A DNA stretch of 63,475 nucleotides, the filler included, from Octopus bimaculoides (lineage: Eukaryota): the NCBI RefSeq assembly GCF_001194135.2. It is 7 parts of 6 records of this genome, joined end to end, with 100 filler letters (N's around TTAATTAATTAA, not from the genome) between each part and the next. Parts side by side here need not be neighbours in the genome. Positions count along the whole stretch, not along the records: positions 8,271 to 37,352 come from NC_069003.1; positions 37,453 to 46,049 come from NC_068986.1; 5 more parts are not named here. One strand, 5' to 3'. Both the position numbers and the translations under genes were made by a program. Shown here in pieces: positions 26,911 to 39,636 of the stretch. The notes beneath the pieces are model-generated. The model did not search any database, was not told the DNA's origin, and worked only from the letters and a program-made list of their open reading frames with translations. Positions within the stretch are counted from its first letter, which is position 1; each line of letters opens with the position of its first letter.

Positions 26911-27849
26911 AGTATTTTTCAGTGACACACCAGACTGTAAAAGGGCAAGACAAATGAAAAAAATACAGTCCTGTGTGTAGTTCTGGAAATTACATCGCAA
27001 ATCGACAAACTACGCTCACGATCCTGCAGATATTTACTTACGTAAATTTTAACAGGTGAAACCATGGTACATAGGTTAATCGTTTTTATTTAGTATTTTT
27101 CATTTGTCTTGCCCTTTTACAGTCTGTTGTGTCGCTGAATTTTTACTGAGAACATATATTTTTTTCGTGGTTAGATGATTCGGCATCTATTTCTAGCATA
27201 TAGGAGTCCACTTTTGCTGGTCATCCCTCTTATTTTTGTATGTAATATAATTTTAATCTTCGGATTTTTTTAATATGCTAGACCACTGGTTCAAATTGAT
27301 TAATATCAATTTCTACCCTCATAAATAAATTTTTATACAATAATGTTTCTCAAACCGGTAAATTAGCTGCAAAATTTATTAACTGCAGAATTATTTCCGG
27401 ACTTAGCGCGCCAGATTGAAGACATTTAATAGGATACACTGAATGTAATTTGTAGACCTCTACACGTGCTCCCTTTCCGTTGGACGTCCTGTGTCTAGTT
27501 CTGGAAATTCCATCGCAAATTGACAGACTACACTGACGATCCTGCAGATATTTACTTATGTAAATTTTAACAGGTGAAACCGTGGTACGTAGGTTAATCG
27601 CTTTTATTTAGTATTTTTCATTTGTCTTGCCCTTTTTCAGACTGCCGTGTCGCTGAATTTTTACTGAGAACATATATTTTTTTCGTGGTTAGATGATTCG
27701 GCATCTATTTCTAGCATATAGGAGTCCACTTTTGCTGGTCATCCCTCTTATTTTTGTATGTAATATAATTTTAATCTTCGGATTTTTTAATATGCTAGAC
27801 CACTGGTTCAAATTGGTTAATATCAATTTCTACCCTCATAAATAAATTT
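26911..27849. repeat. 55-bp inverted repeat plus ~364-bp direct duplication (period 518 bp)
   Basis: Inverted arms 26911-26966 and 27093-27147; direct copies 26968-27332 and 27486-27849, with only scattered substitutions. Confidence 0.9.
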
Positions 27850-27930
27850 CTATATCTCGATATATCTAGTTATCTCTTTTATATATATACATAAATATTT
27901 ATACACACAATTATGTTTATATATTTATTT

Positions 27931-27998
<68 letters not shown>

Positions 27999-28859
27999 GG
28001 TGTAGGTATATGTGTATTTAAATATAGTTTGGGGAGCAATAACGTCAACAAATAAAGAATTTTAAAAAAATAACATCTAGACGATAGAAAGAGATAATTG
28101 AATTGAAAATATTTATATACGTATATAGATATACATATATAAGTATACATAAGTCAATACATATATGTACACACACACACAAATATATATATATGCAACA
28201 AAACATGCTCACACATATAAACTCACAAACATACTGAAAATTGAAAATATATCACATCTGGTAAAAGAAAAATATATATAATCTAAGTACGCAAATATAT
28301 TTAATTTACAAAACATAATGAACTCAATAATAATAATGATGAAGATGATGACGATGCTGATGATGGTGATGATGATAATGTTGTTGGTAGTGGTGGCGTT
28401 GGACGGGGGTGATGGCGGTGATGATGACAACGACGTACATGATGATGATGCTGCTAATAATGATGATGATGATGATGATGACGGAAATGAGGTTGATGAT
28501 GGCGATGACAACTAAAAGAAGAAGAAGAAGAAGAAGAAGAAGAAGAAAACAACAACTACAACCACAATAATAACCGTATGAATAGGGTGGAACTCCAGCT
28601 GTGAAAATAATCTGTATTCAATTTAGATGAATCTAATTGGATTTGTATAGGATTTGTGTGTTCTGTGGCTTCTTTTCGCGTTCTGTAATTTTTTTTTAGT
28701 CAAGTTGGTTAAGCACTATTTGTTTTATCACACAGGAGCACACAGATACTTCCACAATCACTCTGAAATACGTCTGCATGTATGTATATACGTACACGTA
28801 TGTCGCCTCTCTCTGTATATGTATGTATATAAGTGTGTATGTATATGTGTATATATATT

Positions 28860-28947
<88 letters not shown>

Positions 28948-28951
28948 CATA

Positions 28952-29075
<124 letters not shown>

Positions 29076-29446
29076 CATATATATATGTGTGTGTGTGTGT
29101 GTGTATATGTGTATATATACGTATATGTGTGTAAATTCGCACGCACAGGCATTACTGCACATATAGCTTGCAGCACATATGTCTGCTGACGCGTTTGCTT
29201 AGTAGTGCTGAAGAATGCGTGCATGTCTTTGAGATTTGCATGCATATTCTTTGGCGTGTTGGTGCGTTTGTGTCTGTTAGTCTGTCTGTGAAATCACCAT
29301 AGATATTTCAACAGAATAACATACGATTGAGTGTGCGCGTGGGTATGCGTGTGTGTGTTTGTGTGTGTGTATGCTTGGATGCAAACACACGTACACAGAC
29401 TCACGTATACGGGCCCGCACATAAGTATTCAATGATATACACAGAT

Positions 29447-29478
<32 letters not shown>

Positions 29479-32419
29479 TTGCATATGTGCATGTGCGTGC
29501 ATGTATCCGTGTGTGTGCATGTGTGTAGCTATGTATGTATATATCTAGGTAAGTGTATATATGTATTTAGCTTTATATGTTTTCATTTGCCATATTCTTC
29601 TTCTAAGATTTGTACTTCTATAAGATTTTAATATGGGGTTTATATGTCAATGATGATGATGACTACGACAACGACGTCGAAGATGATGATGATGATGATG
29701 ATGATAAGGTAGGGAGGATGACGACGCTGATGTTTTTTTGTGGCGATGATTATTCTGCTGATGACGAAGAAGACAGCCTCACACTGAGAACAGGTGCTGT
29801 GGTATAATAAATTGAACGGATATTTTTTCATATCTATGTATTTGAATCCATATTCAAAACCATTACAGTATCCATATACGGAATCAGTATCAGTCAATGG
29901 ATTTCTCGTGTCCAGGGGCAGGTTTTCCAATATTCTTCACTTGAATCGCTGCATCCATGCAGCGGGCCAGGCTCCCGCCTCAATTCCACTTTTTGATGTC
30001 GTCAGTCTACGAACGTATTTCTCGCTGTCTTATTCCTTTCCATCCCACAATTCCTGTCATGATAGCCACGGGTAGCGTGTCGTAGCACATGGTATCGCCA
30101 AAGTTAAATTTGTGGACTTTATTCCCGGTGGTATATGTCTTGAGAACTTTAGCTTTCATAGTACATGTTAGCCTATCTTCTCCAGTGTATTATCCTCAAT
30201 CTGCGAATGATATATGTATATATATATATATATATATGGAAGGTGCTGTTGGTATAATGATTGGTGTTTTTATCTGATATTTATTTAGTACTGTGATGCT
30301 AAAACCATTATGTAGAACCAGCCGTATCTTGCGACCTCACATGATTTGGGAACATGTAACACGCTTTTGCTTGTTTTATATGGTGCCTGTCTTGTCTCGA
30401 ACAACAATGGTCACTTTCGAGAGCCCCCAGTTATAAACCAGGGGCAAATTAATGATGTGATATTTGGGGAGAGAGAAGCAGAGATAGAAACAAATAGACA
30501 GACATACCGACTGAGTGTAGGCACAGAGAGAGAGAGAGAAAGAGAGAGGGAGGGAGAGAGAATGCGAGAGCCACACCACGTCGTGCGGTACTCCGCTTCA
30601 TCCAGTCGGTAACGAGAATTTAAGCTTCCTTGAATTCACGATCCTGCAATCATTATCAAAACACGCTAATCACTGAGTAACGAAGAAAAAAAAATATAAA
30701 TAAAATAAAATAAATATTTATGAAATAATATTTAAAAGATCGAGAAGGAAAATGAAGTGAGTGATATTGGTACACGAGTGACAATAACTTGATAAGAGTC
30801 TGCATAGAAAGTATGAGTCTCGGTTTTACTCAAGCCTGTACACTACTCGAACTCGTGCCCATATAGTCCGGGTTGGTTTTTAAAAGGGAAATTATCTGCA
30901 GAAATAAACTGAGTGGAATCCTGTCAAATGATCTGCAAATTTTCGCGACTCGTAGCATTAACTGGTTATCCAGTTCAACTGCACCATTTGGCAACTGTGT
31001 AATTTTATCTGCGTGAATTATATTACTCGCTCTTTTTCTAAGATTCTGCTCTATTTATCAATCTTCGACTATTATCCACTACAGCTAAACAAAGCATGGG
31101 GACATCGCTTTTTTTCTCTGTCTGCATGAAGAAAAAAAACCTGCGGGAAAACGACAACGAGTATAGTGAATTATCCCGTAGATATATCGAGAATTAGCCA
31201 AGAAATGACATAGCTATGTGCTCCTTTAATTTGTGGGGAAGTACAGTTAAATGTGGCTCAACATTTCTGTAACGTCTTTAAGAGACATAAATTAATGCAG
31301 TGTTATATACTGTTAAATAAAGGGTTATAGTACCAAAAGGAATATCACTCACTCTGTGCCTTGTTCAAGAACGTCCTGGTGATTAAAAAACATCGTGTGA
31401 AGTATTTGTGTTGTTAGTCGACCACTTTGGAATATATATAACGAATTCTTTTCAATCACACAATACACTGGGCGAGGAAAGACAAAAACCATCAGGATAA
31501 TAACAACTAGATAATATGCACTCAGACAATCTCTGTTGTGATGGTCAGGAATGGATTGCCCGTTCAGTATTGTTGCTGTCTTTCATCAGGATTGAGTTGT
31601 GGCTAAACAACTTTAAAAAAAAAAAAAAACGAACACAGCAAAAAACTGAAACAACAAACTACTACGTTTATTGCTTGCTTATTAATCTAAAAACACTTTA
31701 GAATTTCCTAACAATATTTACAAACACGATTCTACACAAAGAACTGGACAAAACAGTAAACACTAACAAAACAAAAGCCAAACCGACTGACACAACAACA
31801 AGAAAGAATCATTTCAAACATTGAATTGATAGTTTTACTTTCATCTTAATATTTTATTGACGTTTTCATCGTTGCTTTTATTTATTACATTTATTATTTT
31901 CTATTGTTCTTCTCGTCTGCTTTCATTTATTCGCGTTGTTTCATTAATCCCTTCTGTATATTTATGCATTCTTTATATTCATATAATTCCTTGATTCTGC
32001 AGATAATTCCACAGCATTGCGCCTGACCAAACACTTCGCTAGTTAACACACTTTCTTTACAAGTTTTCTCTTTTCCCTTTTATTTTTTACAGATTTTGTT
32101 TAGTTTTATTTCTATTATTTTATTATTCTTTTCACGTTTTTCTTATTATTTCAAGCGGAGGCATGGGTGCTGGTCAAGAATACCAATCAATTTTACAAGC
32201 AATATCGCTAACATTTTCATAGCGATGGTCGACGTTGTCGTCCCCCTCCTTTACCACCTCCTCCTCGTCATCATGGGGAATATCATCATCATAATCATCA
32301 TCATCATCGTCGTCGTCGCCTTTGTCATTCAGGACCAATATGGAGTGCAGTTTCGGAAAAAAACAACCGCAAAACTTTGTTGATATAATTTTTGTTTGGA
32401 TCCAGATTAAACGAGTTCG

Positions 32420-32700
32420 AATGGTCACATGGGGATTTATATTTTTCAGTCGGTTTCTTTTGCAGAATCGCTAAGTTCCGGGAAGTAAACACAACACAAA
32501 GACAAAGGAACACGCATACACGCACATACACAGACACATACACACACACACACACATACACGCACACACATAACTGATGGTCTTCTTTCAGCTTCCGTCT
32601 GTCAATTCTGCTAACAAGGCTTTCATAAGCCCGAAACTATGAGAGAAGAATCTTACTCAAGGCGCCATGCAGTGGCACGGAACCAGGTGCCGCACATGTA
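32420..32700 (-). mobile_element. SINE family A, strongly diverged
   Basis: CTTCTTTCAGCTTCCGTCT..AACAAGGCTTT..ACTCAAGGCGCCATGCAGTGG head-side segment and a middle segment flank (CA)n. Confidence 0.5.
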
Positions 32701-32710
32701 TGCGTATATG

Positions 32711-32749
<39 letters not shown>

Positions 32750-33371
32750 GGAGCTAAAGACAGTGAGAGAGCGCGAAAGATAGTGCGAGAGAGAGCGAGA
32801 TATCCAGATAGATTGATATATGCATAAATGCTTACATCTATATACATACAAACATACACATTACTATATATATATATATATATATATATACAGAGAGAGA
32901 AAGAGAGAACGGCATTGATATGTATACATATTTGCGCGTGTGCATGTGTGTGTATGTGCGGGTATGTGTGTGTGTGTGTTCATGTCTTTCTCTCAGTCTT
33001 TATATAGCTCTCTCTCTGTCTCTCTGTCCTTCACTCTCTCCCTCACGCTACCTTGATTTCCACCACATCTCTCTCTGTCTCTCCGTCTCTCTCTTTCTCT
33101 CTCTCTGTGCAGTATAGAGCAGCGTTTTAAAATACTAGAGATGTCTTTTGAATGATGAGAATTAAATGAAGACGGGGAGTCACGAAATATAAAGCGGGAA
33201 TAAATGAGAGAAGACAAGACGACATTGAATTGAGAAGTTGAAGAATGACATAAGAAGGACGATTGGACAGGATTGGAATAGTGTGGTATTGACAGCAAGT
33301 ATCGTATATCGATGCATCTAACTGTATGTATGCCTGTACCCCACATGCGTGTGTGCGTGTTCGTGCATTTA

Positions 33372-33435
<64 letters not shown>

Positions 33436-35307
33436 TCGTATATCTACACTGATATGTTTATGAATGCAAACAGATACATATATATGCATGTATGTGTGTA
33501 TGCACATATATATAGTTGTATGTAAGTATGTCTGTCTGTCTGTGTGTATGTATGATTGTGTGTGAATGTAGGTTTGACTTAGAGTTATTTCAATGGATTC
33601 TTTCAATCTTGGAAAGATTATTCCTCATTTCAAATCTGGTGGAATTCGTAGAATCTGCCTAGTACTGTAATTGCTTTGACTACTTGTCAATTCAGTCATA
33701 CCGTACGTTTTGAAAGCCAAAGGCTATTTATTTGGAAATTGTCATGTCACATTCTCACTACACCAATGTGCCTTTCTCTACGGAGCATTCTTTCTCTCTG
33801 CTTCTGGTCATTATATACTGCTTCGAAATTCGTTCTTCCTTTTTAAGAGAGGGACACATTCATCCAATCGAAGACTAATGACAAAACCTTGATTATGGCA
33901 TGGAGTGAAAGCCTTCCCATCAGAAGCTAACAAAAGCATGGAATGAAATAAATTAATTTTAGTAACAGCAGAATACGTGGCTGTTGGAAAGAATCGATTC
34001 GCCATTTTGCACCTGACTCCAAAGCGATGGCATCGACAGACACATGACAATATTGGTGACTTGATAGAATGAAAATTATGCCATTATTATGTAATAAAGA
34101 ATTGATTTCATCAAATAGCGAATCGATCACTACACACATTAGTTGATCAGCGAATATGTATCACATATTGTTAAAGGCAAATATGAGTTCACACAAAAAG
34201 ACATATATTTCATAGAAATGGGGATATTATCTCAAAGTATAGATCTAAAAATAGAGATAAACAGAATGTGCTAAATGAAATCGATCCAATTACCAAAGTA
34301 ATAAAATTCTATAATATCATATTCCAATAGAAATGTATTCCTTTCGGAAGAATTGAAGAACGGGTAGAAAAATATATTAAAATAAATTTAGGATTACACA
34401 CACCCACCTTAAACAAAAAATATATCTTATATACTGCAGAAATATTATATAGAAAACTTCAATTCAATAGCTATTCCTAGACAAGGAAAGAACGGCTATA
34501 CCTCTTAAGGGTTGTGAATCGTTGTTCAAAACAAGGATTGAACTTATGCCCACCGTTCTTTCAGAACTCTACATTTGTTGCTTACGAATGGTTTCCTGAA
34601 GATATAAGTGTTGCCGTTACTAATGCATGGCTATCTACGGACCTATGTATAGTAACCGTTGATGTGTATTCATTTTATGCTAATTCTTAGAAACGTTACA
34701 ACTTGTTTACTAGAAGGAATCATGTTGAACAGTTTATGAATGTGTACTCCAAGTAGGAATTTCACTGGGTTTTCGTCCCTGCTTCTATGGCTTACCCGAG
34801 TTGTATATTATTTACATTATTTACAATTGACGGATATATATATATATCCAATATTCAACATCACTACCAATTTCTCTCAACCTCACTATATACCACTCTC
34901 ACTTCACACTCTTTTTCAGGATGATGATGATGATGATGATGATAATCATCATCATCATCACCATCATAAGCATCACTAGTAAATTATTATTATTATTATT
35001 ATTATTATTGTTGTTGTTATTGTTAATAATATTATTTTCGTTGTTCTTATTTTTGTTTTTATTATATGTTTGACAATTATTTTGTAGGTTCACCGAAAGG
35101 GGGCATTTGAAACTGACCGGTTGATAAACCCCGTTCAGCGAAACTTCGAAGTCATTGTCAAAATTCCTATAAGAAACATCGACGCCCAACAGGTTTCCAG
35201 ATTTTCCTTCACTTCATATTTTTTGTTTCCAAGGAAACGCTGAATCCCTCCCCCCACACATACATAGATAGATACATATATATACATATATACACATATA
35301 TATATAC

Positions 35308-35392
<85 letters not shown>

Positions 35393-35407
35393 CATATATA
35401 TATATAC

Positions 35408-35438
<31 letters not shown>

Positions 35439-36096
35439 CATACATACATACATATATATACATACACTTATATAATATATTTCCCTCTTGTCTTAACCAT
35501 TTCACACTGTCTCCGTCATTGTCAGCATCAACCCTCGCTGTCACATTCTTCAAGTTACAACGCACATACCTTCCCCACAATCATCTACATCCACATACAC
35601 ATTGATTCACTCTCACACACACGCACGCACACGCATACACACCTACATACATACACACAAACACAGTTACTCACATACATGTACATAGACACACACATGC
35701 ATCAAGACATCATCATAGTCGCTATCTCTTAACTTAACCAACAGATATTTCAAATTACTTTCTATCGTCTTCCAACACAGAATCACGCTTAGCGCCATTA
35801 ACTCCACTTCCAGCACCAACACCACCACCATATCCACTGTCATTCAACTTTTCCTTCTCTTCACAAAAAAAAAAGACACAGAAAAAATTATGCAAATAAA
35901 GACAAGACTAGTTTTGTTACGTTTCTCTTCCTTTTGGTCACGTTCTTTCTCTCCTTTTACGCTTTTCTTTCAAAACGGCATTCTCTTAACTCTCACACTC
36001 TGTCACACGCTCAAGACACAAACGCACACACAAACACTGTATATCTACTATATAAATCTATATACAATTGTATGTTTGTGCGTATATATGTATGTC

Positions 36097-36153
<57 letters not shown>

Positions 36154-37276
36154 ATGTAAATATTTGTGTATAATTGTAAATAAGTGTCAAACGTTAATTG
36201 GAAAAATCACTCACTATATACAAGTTGAAACCGTGATCTCTGTGTATTTTAACGGATGTGGGTATACATAAATATGCACACACTCACACATCTTCCCTAT
36301 ATATAAGTATACGTGGACATGCATGTGTGTGTATACATGTGTGTGTGTTTGCGTGTTTGCATATATAAGTGTGTGTGTGATTTTCCAAGTTATCTGTATC
36401 TTTTGGTTCATCATGTGGATAGCACATGATGGTTGCATAGTATATTTAGTTGAATGGTGTTCTTTATTGTATTTAAACCCTGTCTGTTAGAATGTTTTGA
36501 TCGGATTATTCTAAAGGTGTTACGAGGATATGGGAGGAAGCGTAGAAGAGAAGAATGTGAAAAAGACAACAGAGGAACAAGTTGAATTACGGAAAGGAAA
36601 CGGAGAATAAAAAAAGAAAATGAAGACGACAAAAGTGAGGAGTATGAAGAAAGGATTAGGGAAAGAGAAGAAAAACAAGACAATAAGACATTTTTGAAAG
36701 GAAGTATAGATTATTGAAGATTATATTACTTGCACAGATAAGAGAATTTTTCCAGATTATTAGGAAAACTAGGCTCATCTTCATTGAGTTTAGGTAGAAA
36801 ATTAATGACCACTGGCATTTGTGTATGTGTCCGTGTATACCACAGGAATCTGTCATTTGTAGGAATGCCAAGATTATTAAACGAAGCTTGAGTTTTAGCC
36901 ACCGTGAGAAGGAGAAAATGGGAGACGTTAAAGATATGAAAATATAACACCAAACTACAAACTCCAAGTAACGATAAAATAATTCTCAAAAAGAACATCT
37001 AAAATTCCAGTAGGAATATTTCTAATGCAATGACAGCATCTTCATATAAAACTACACGAGATCATCGCAGAATTTGCATATGGCTGTTGTCGGAAGTTGT
37101 GGGATAATATGTTAACAAGAGATGCATATCACCTGGTAACACGATAATCTGTTCTAAATACAAGGCATTTCTGAAAATAATTAGATTTTCTAATTCTTTT
37201 TGTCTGTTAGGTGCGTGTAAAGCGGCAACTGTAGGACTGAAATATTTGTAATTTGACGTAAATATACATGCGTGTA

Positions 37277-37352
<76 letters not shown>

Positions 37353-37524
37353 NNNNNNNNNNNNNNNNNNNNNNNNNNNNNNNNNNNNNNNNNNNNTTAA
37401 TTAATTAANNNNNNNNNNNNNNNNNNNNNNNNNNNNNNNNNNNNNNNNNNNNATATATATATAATGTACTGTTCTGTGATTGAAAGGTCAACAAAAAAGT
37501 GCTCCATCTTGTGAGAGATAAATA

Positions 37525-38210
37525 TTACTTATTTAAAGGACATAATACATAGTAGTTTCATATGTTGAGAAATATCTCAGGCATAATCATCACGCACAAG
37601 CCACATATCATAACGAACTACAAAAAAAAAAAAAAAAGTAAAAATGCTGAGAAAGCAGTATGTAGGCCTTAAAGTACGGGGCTGAAAAGATGGTAACATG
37701 TTAATCAGGCATAGGCGGAATTTTCCAATTCTTCAAAGTATATTTACACATGATTGCAATCGCTGAAAATTTCAGCCAAGAGTTCAGTTGAGAATTAGAG
37801 GTATTAGATCTGAAAAGGATCTGAGCTCTTTCAGCTAGACATAGCCTACATTTATTTGATACAATCACATAAGGTATGGATTTCTCAATTATTTTACACT
37901 GAATTATATGTGGCGTTTCGTTTGCCTTCAAACTCCATACGTGGCAAGTCAACTGAGTAGCTTTGATTTTGTCCTTATGTCCGAAAGAGGATATGCGATT
38001 GGCGTAGCGATTTTCAAATTCTCCTTCACATAATCCAATATAGGTCTTCTCATTTGTTGTATTATCATTTAGCGTTGCAGTAATTTCAGCGTCATATATG
38101 ACAGATTTAATCATACATGGATCGCAACAGTTACAACTGGATTTAGGCTTAGTACTGATCACGTGTAATGATACTCTTCATATTGGGGCAGCAGCTATAT
38201 GATGATTTCG
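37525..38210 (-). mobile_element. Penelope-like element, Neptune-type GIY-YIG endonuclease fragment plus 3' tail
   Basis: KSSYSCCPNMKSII / SCNCCDPC..SVIYDAEI...TYIGLCEGEFENRY..SF..LTCHVWSLK..CRLCLAER..LN matches K.SYSC..N..II, CNC, VIY.A, YIG..EG.FK.RY and C.LCL.E of PLE endonucleases. Confidence 0.85.
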
Positions 38211-38221
38211 CAGAACGCTTA

Positions 38222-38750
38222 TTAAAGGACACAATACATCTCTTTAAGTGCTATTAATAGCGTCATATGTTGAGAAGGTGACATGCACGGACGGTAGTCT
38301 GCTTCGTGTAATTCCTTCCTGTTCTTAATGACCGGTTTCAATTTGTTTATCAGGAGGGCTTCCTTAATTCTGATATTGCTCCGGTTGCTTTGAGTGGCCT
38401 TGATGAAGACTTTGAAGTTCCGGGTTTGGCACTTCTTGAGGTGTTTCTTTATCGAAGTGTCTGTTTGCATGTGCTCCTTTATACGGATGTATAGTTTTCT
38501 AGTGGTGCTCCCTATGTAGGATGCTCCATATTTATTGCAGGCTACCTCGTAAACTAAATAGTCCCTGGAGCATAGGGTAGTTGATGAGTGTGCACCCCAC
38601 GGGTGCTCTCTGTGGTGGTTTTCTTCGACAGAACTTTGCTCAAGGTGTGTTTTTATTGTATATTTTTTGGTATTTTGTCCTGTACTTATCTTTCGTGAGT
38701 TTACGTGTTTTTCGCCCGTTGGTGATGTCCTGTACTTTATGTGTATTGTT
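38222..38750 (-). mobile_element. Penelope-like element, Penelope/Poseidon-type GIY-YIG fragment (frame open for ~176 codons)
   Basis: CSRDYLVYEVACNKYGASYIGSTTRKLYIRIKEH...RIKEALLINKLKPVIKNRKE matches VY...C..C...YIG.T.R.L..R..EH...E.L.I....P..N. Confidence 0.8.
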
Positions 38751-39515
38751 TATTTATTTATAATCGAAAGTCGCACAGCCTTGTCCACTAAAATTTTATA
38801 ATTTCTGTGACGCCACACTCTGTTTTCTTTCTTTCTCTCTAGCCCTCTATAATCCCCTTTATTTTCCGTTTCTCCCCTTCTTTCTTTGCTTGCCCCCTGT
38901 TTGTCTTTCTTCCACCCCTACTATCTTTCGTATCCTCTCCCTTTGTTTCTTCCTCATCTTCTCTCTTGTCCCCCTTTCCCTCTGCCTGTTTGTTCACACT
39001 TGACTCAGGCCATTTCTCTCGCTTCTGTCTTTTCCTGACGAAGCGTCCATCTAGCTGGACATCATTTCCCTCGCCTCCCGGTATGTTTTCTCTTCTACTA
39101 TTTTCTTCTCTTCTGTTTATTCTATATCCTTTTAAAATTTCTCCCAGGCGTTACCCATTACAATGCAGCTTGGCCTAACAGCCCTTAATGTTTGTCTTCG
39201 TCGATTGTTTAATCTGTACATCCTCTCTGTTGCTGTTTGTTCCTTCGAAGCACTAACTCACCCCAAATTTTATATTTTAAAAATTTCTGGATGCTCGAAA
39301 CAGGGAGTAATAAACAGTTGACAACTCAGGACAAGTTAGACTTCTTTTGGTATTTTGTCCAGTACTTGTCTCTGGTTATGTGTTTACGTATTTTTCATTC
39401 GTTGTTCTGTTCTTATTGTGTATTTTTTGATATTTTGTCTCGTGTGTTTACGTATTTTCGCTCGTTGGTGTTGTCCTGTGCTTAATGAGTATTTTTAAAG
39501 ATTATTTATAATCGA
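38660..39515 (+). mobile_element. pLTR/retrozyme-like segment with diverged terminal direct repeats and split hammerhead-like core
   Basis: 38662-38770 resembles 39345-39515 in direct orientation. CTGACGA at 39036-39042 and GAAAC at 39297-39301 are joined by an 8-bp stem. Confidence 0.5.
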
Positions 39516-39530
39516 ACGCCTACTGTATTA

Positions 39531-39636
39531 CACTGTATTAAAATAAGAGCTACTAATAGCTTTGTTGCTACTGAGACATACGTTATAAAAATCTGCCTAA
39601 CTACGTGCTGTTGGTAGCTCTTATTGTAATACAGTG
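39531..39636. mobile_element. 106-bp MITE with ~30-bp TIRs and TA on both sides (Tc1/mariner-type)
   Basis: TA|CACTGTATTAAAATAAGAGCTACTAATAGC ... GCTGTTGGTAGCTCTTATTGTAATACAGTG|TA, 3 mismatches. Confidence 0.8.

Noticed and set aside
36726-36998. 90-aa minus ORF with a hydrophobic N-terminus (signal-peptide-like)
   Set aside because: Hydrophobicity follows from the T-rich strand; no recognisable domain, and competing frames on the plus strand are equally open.
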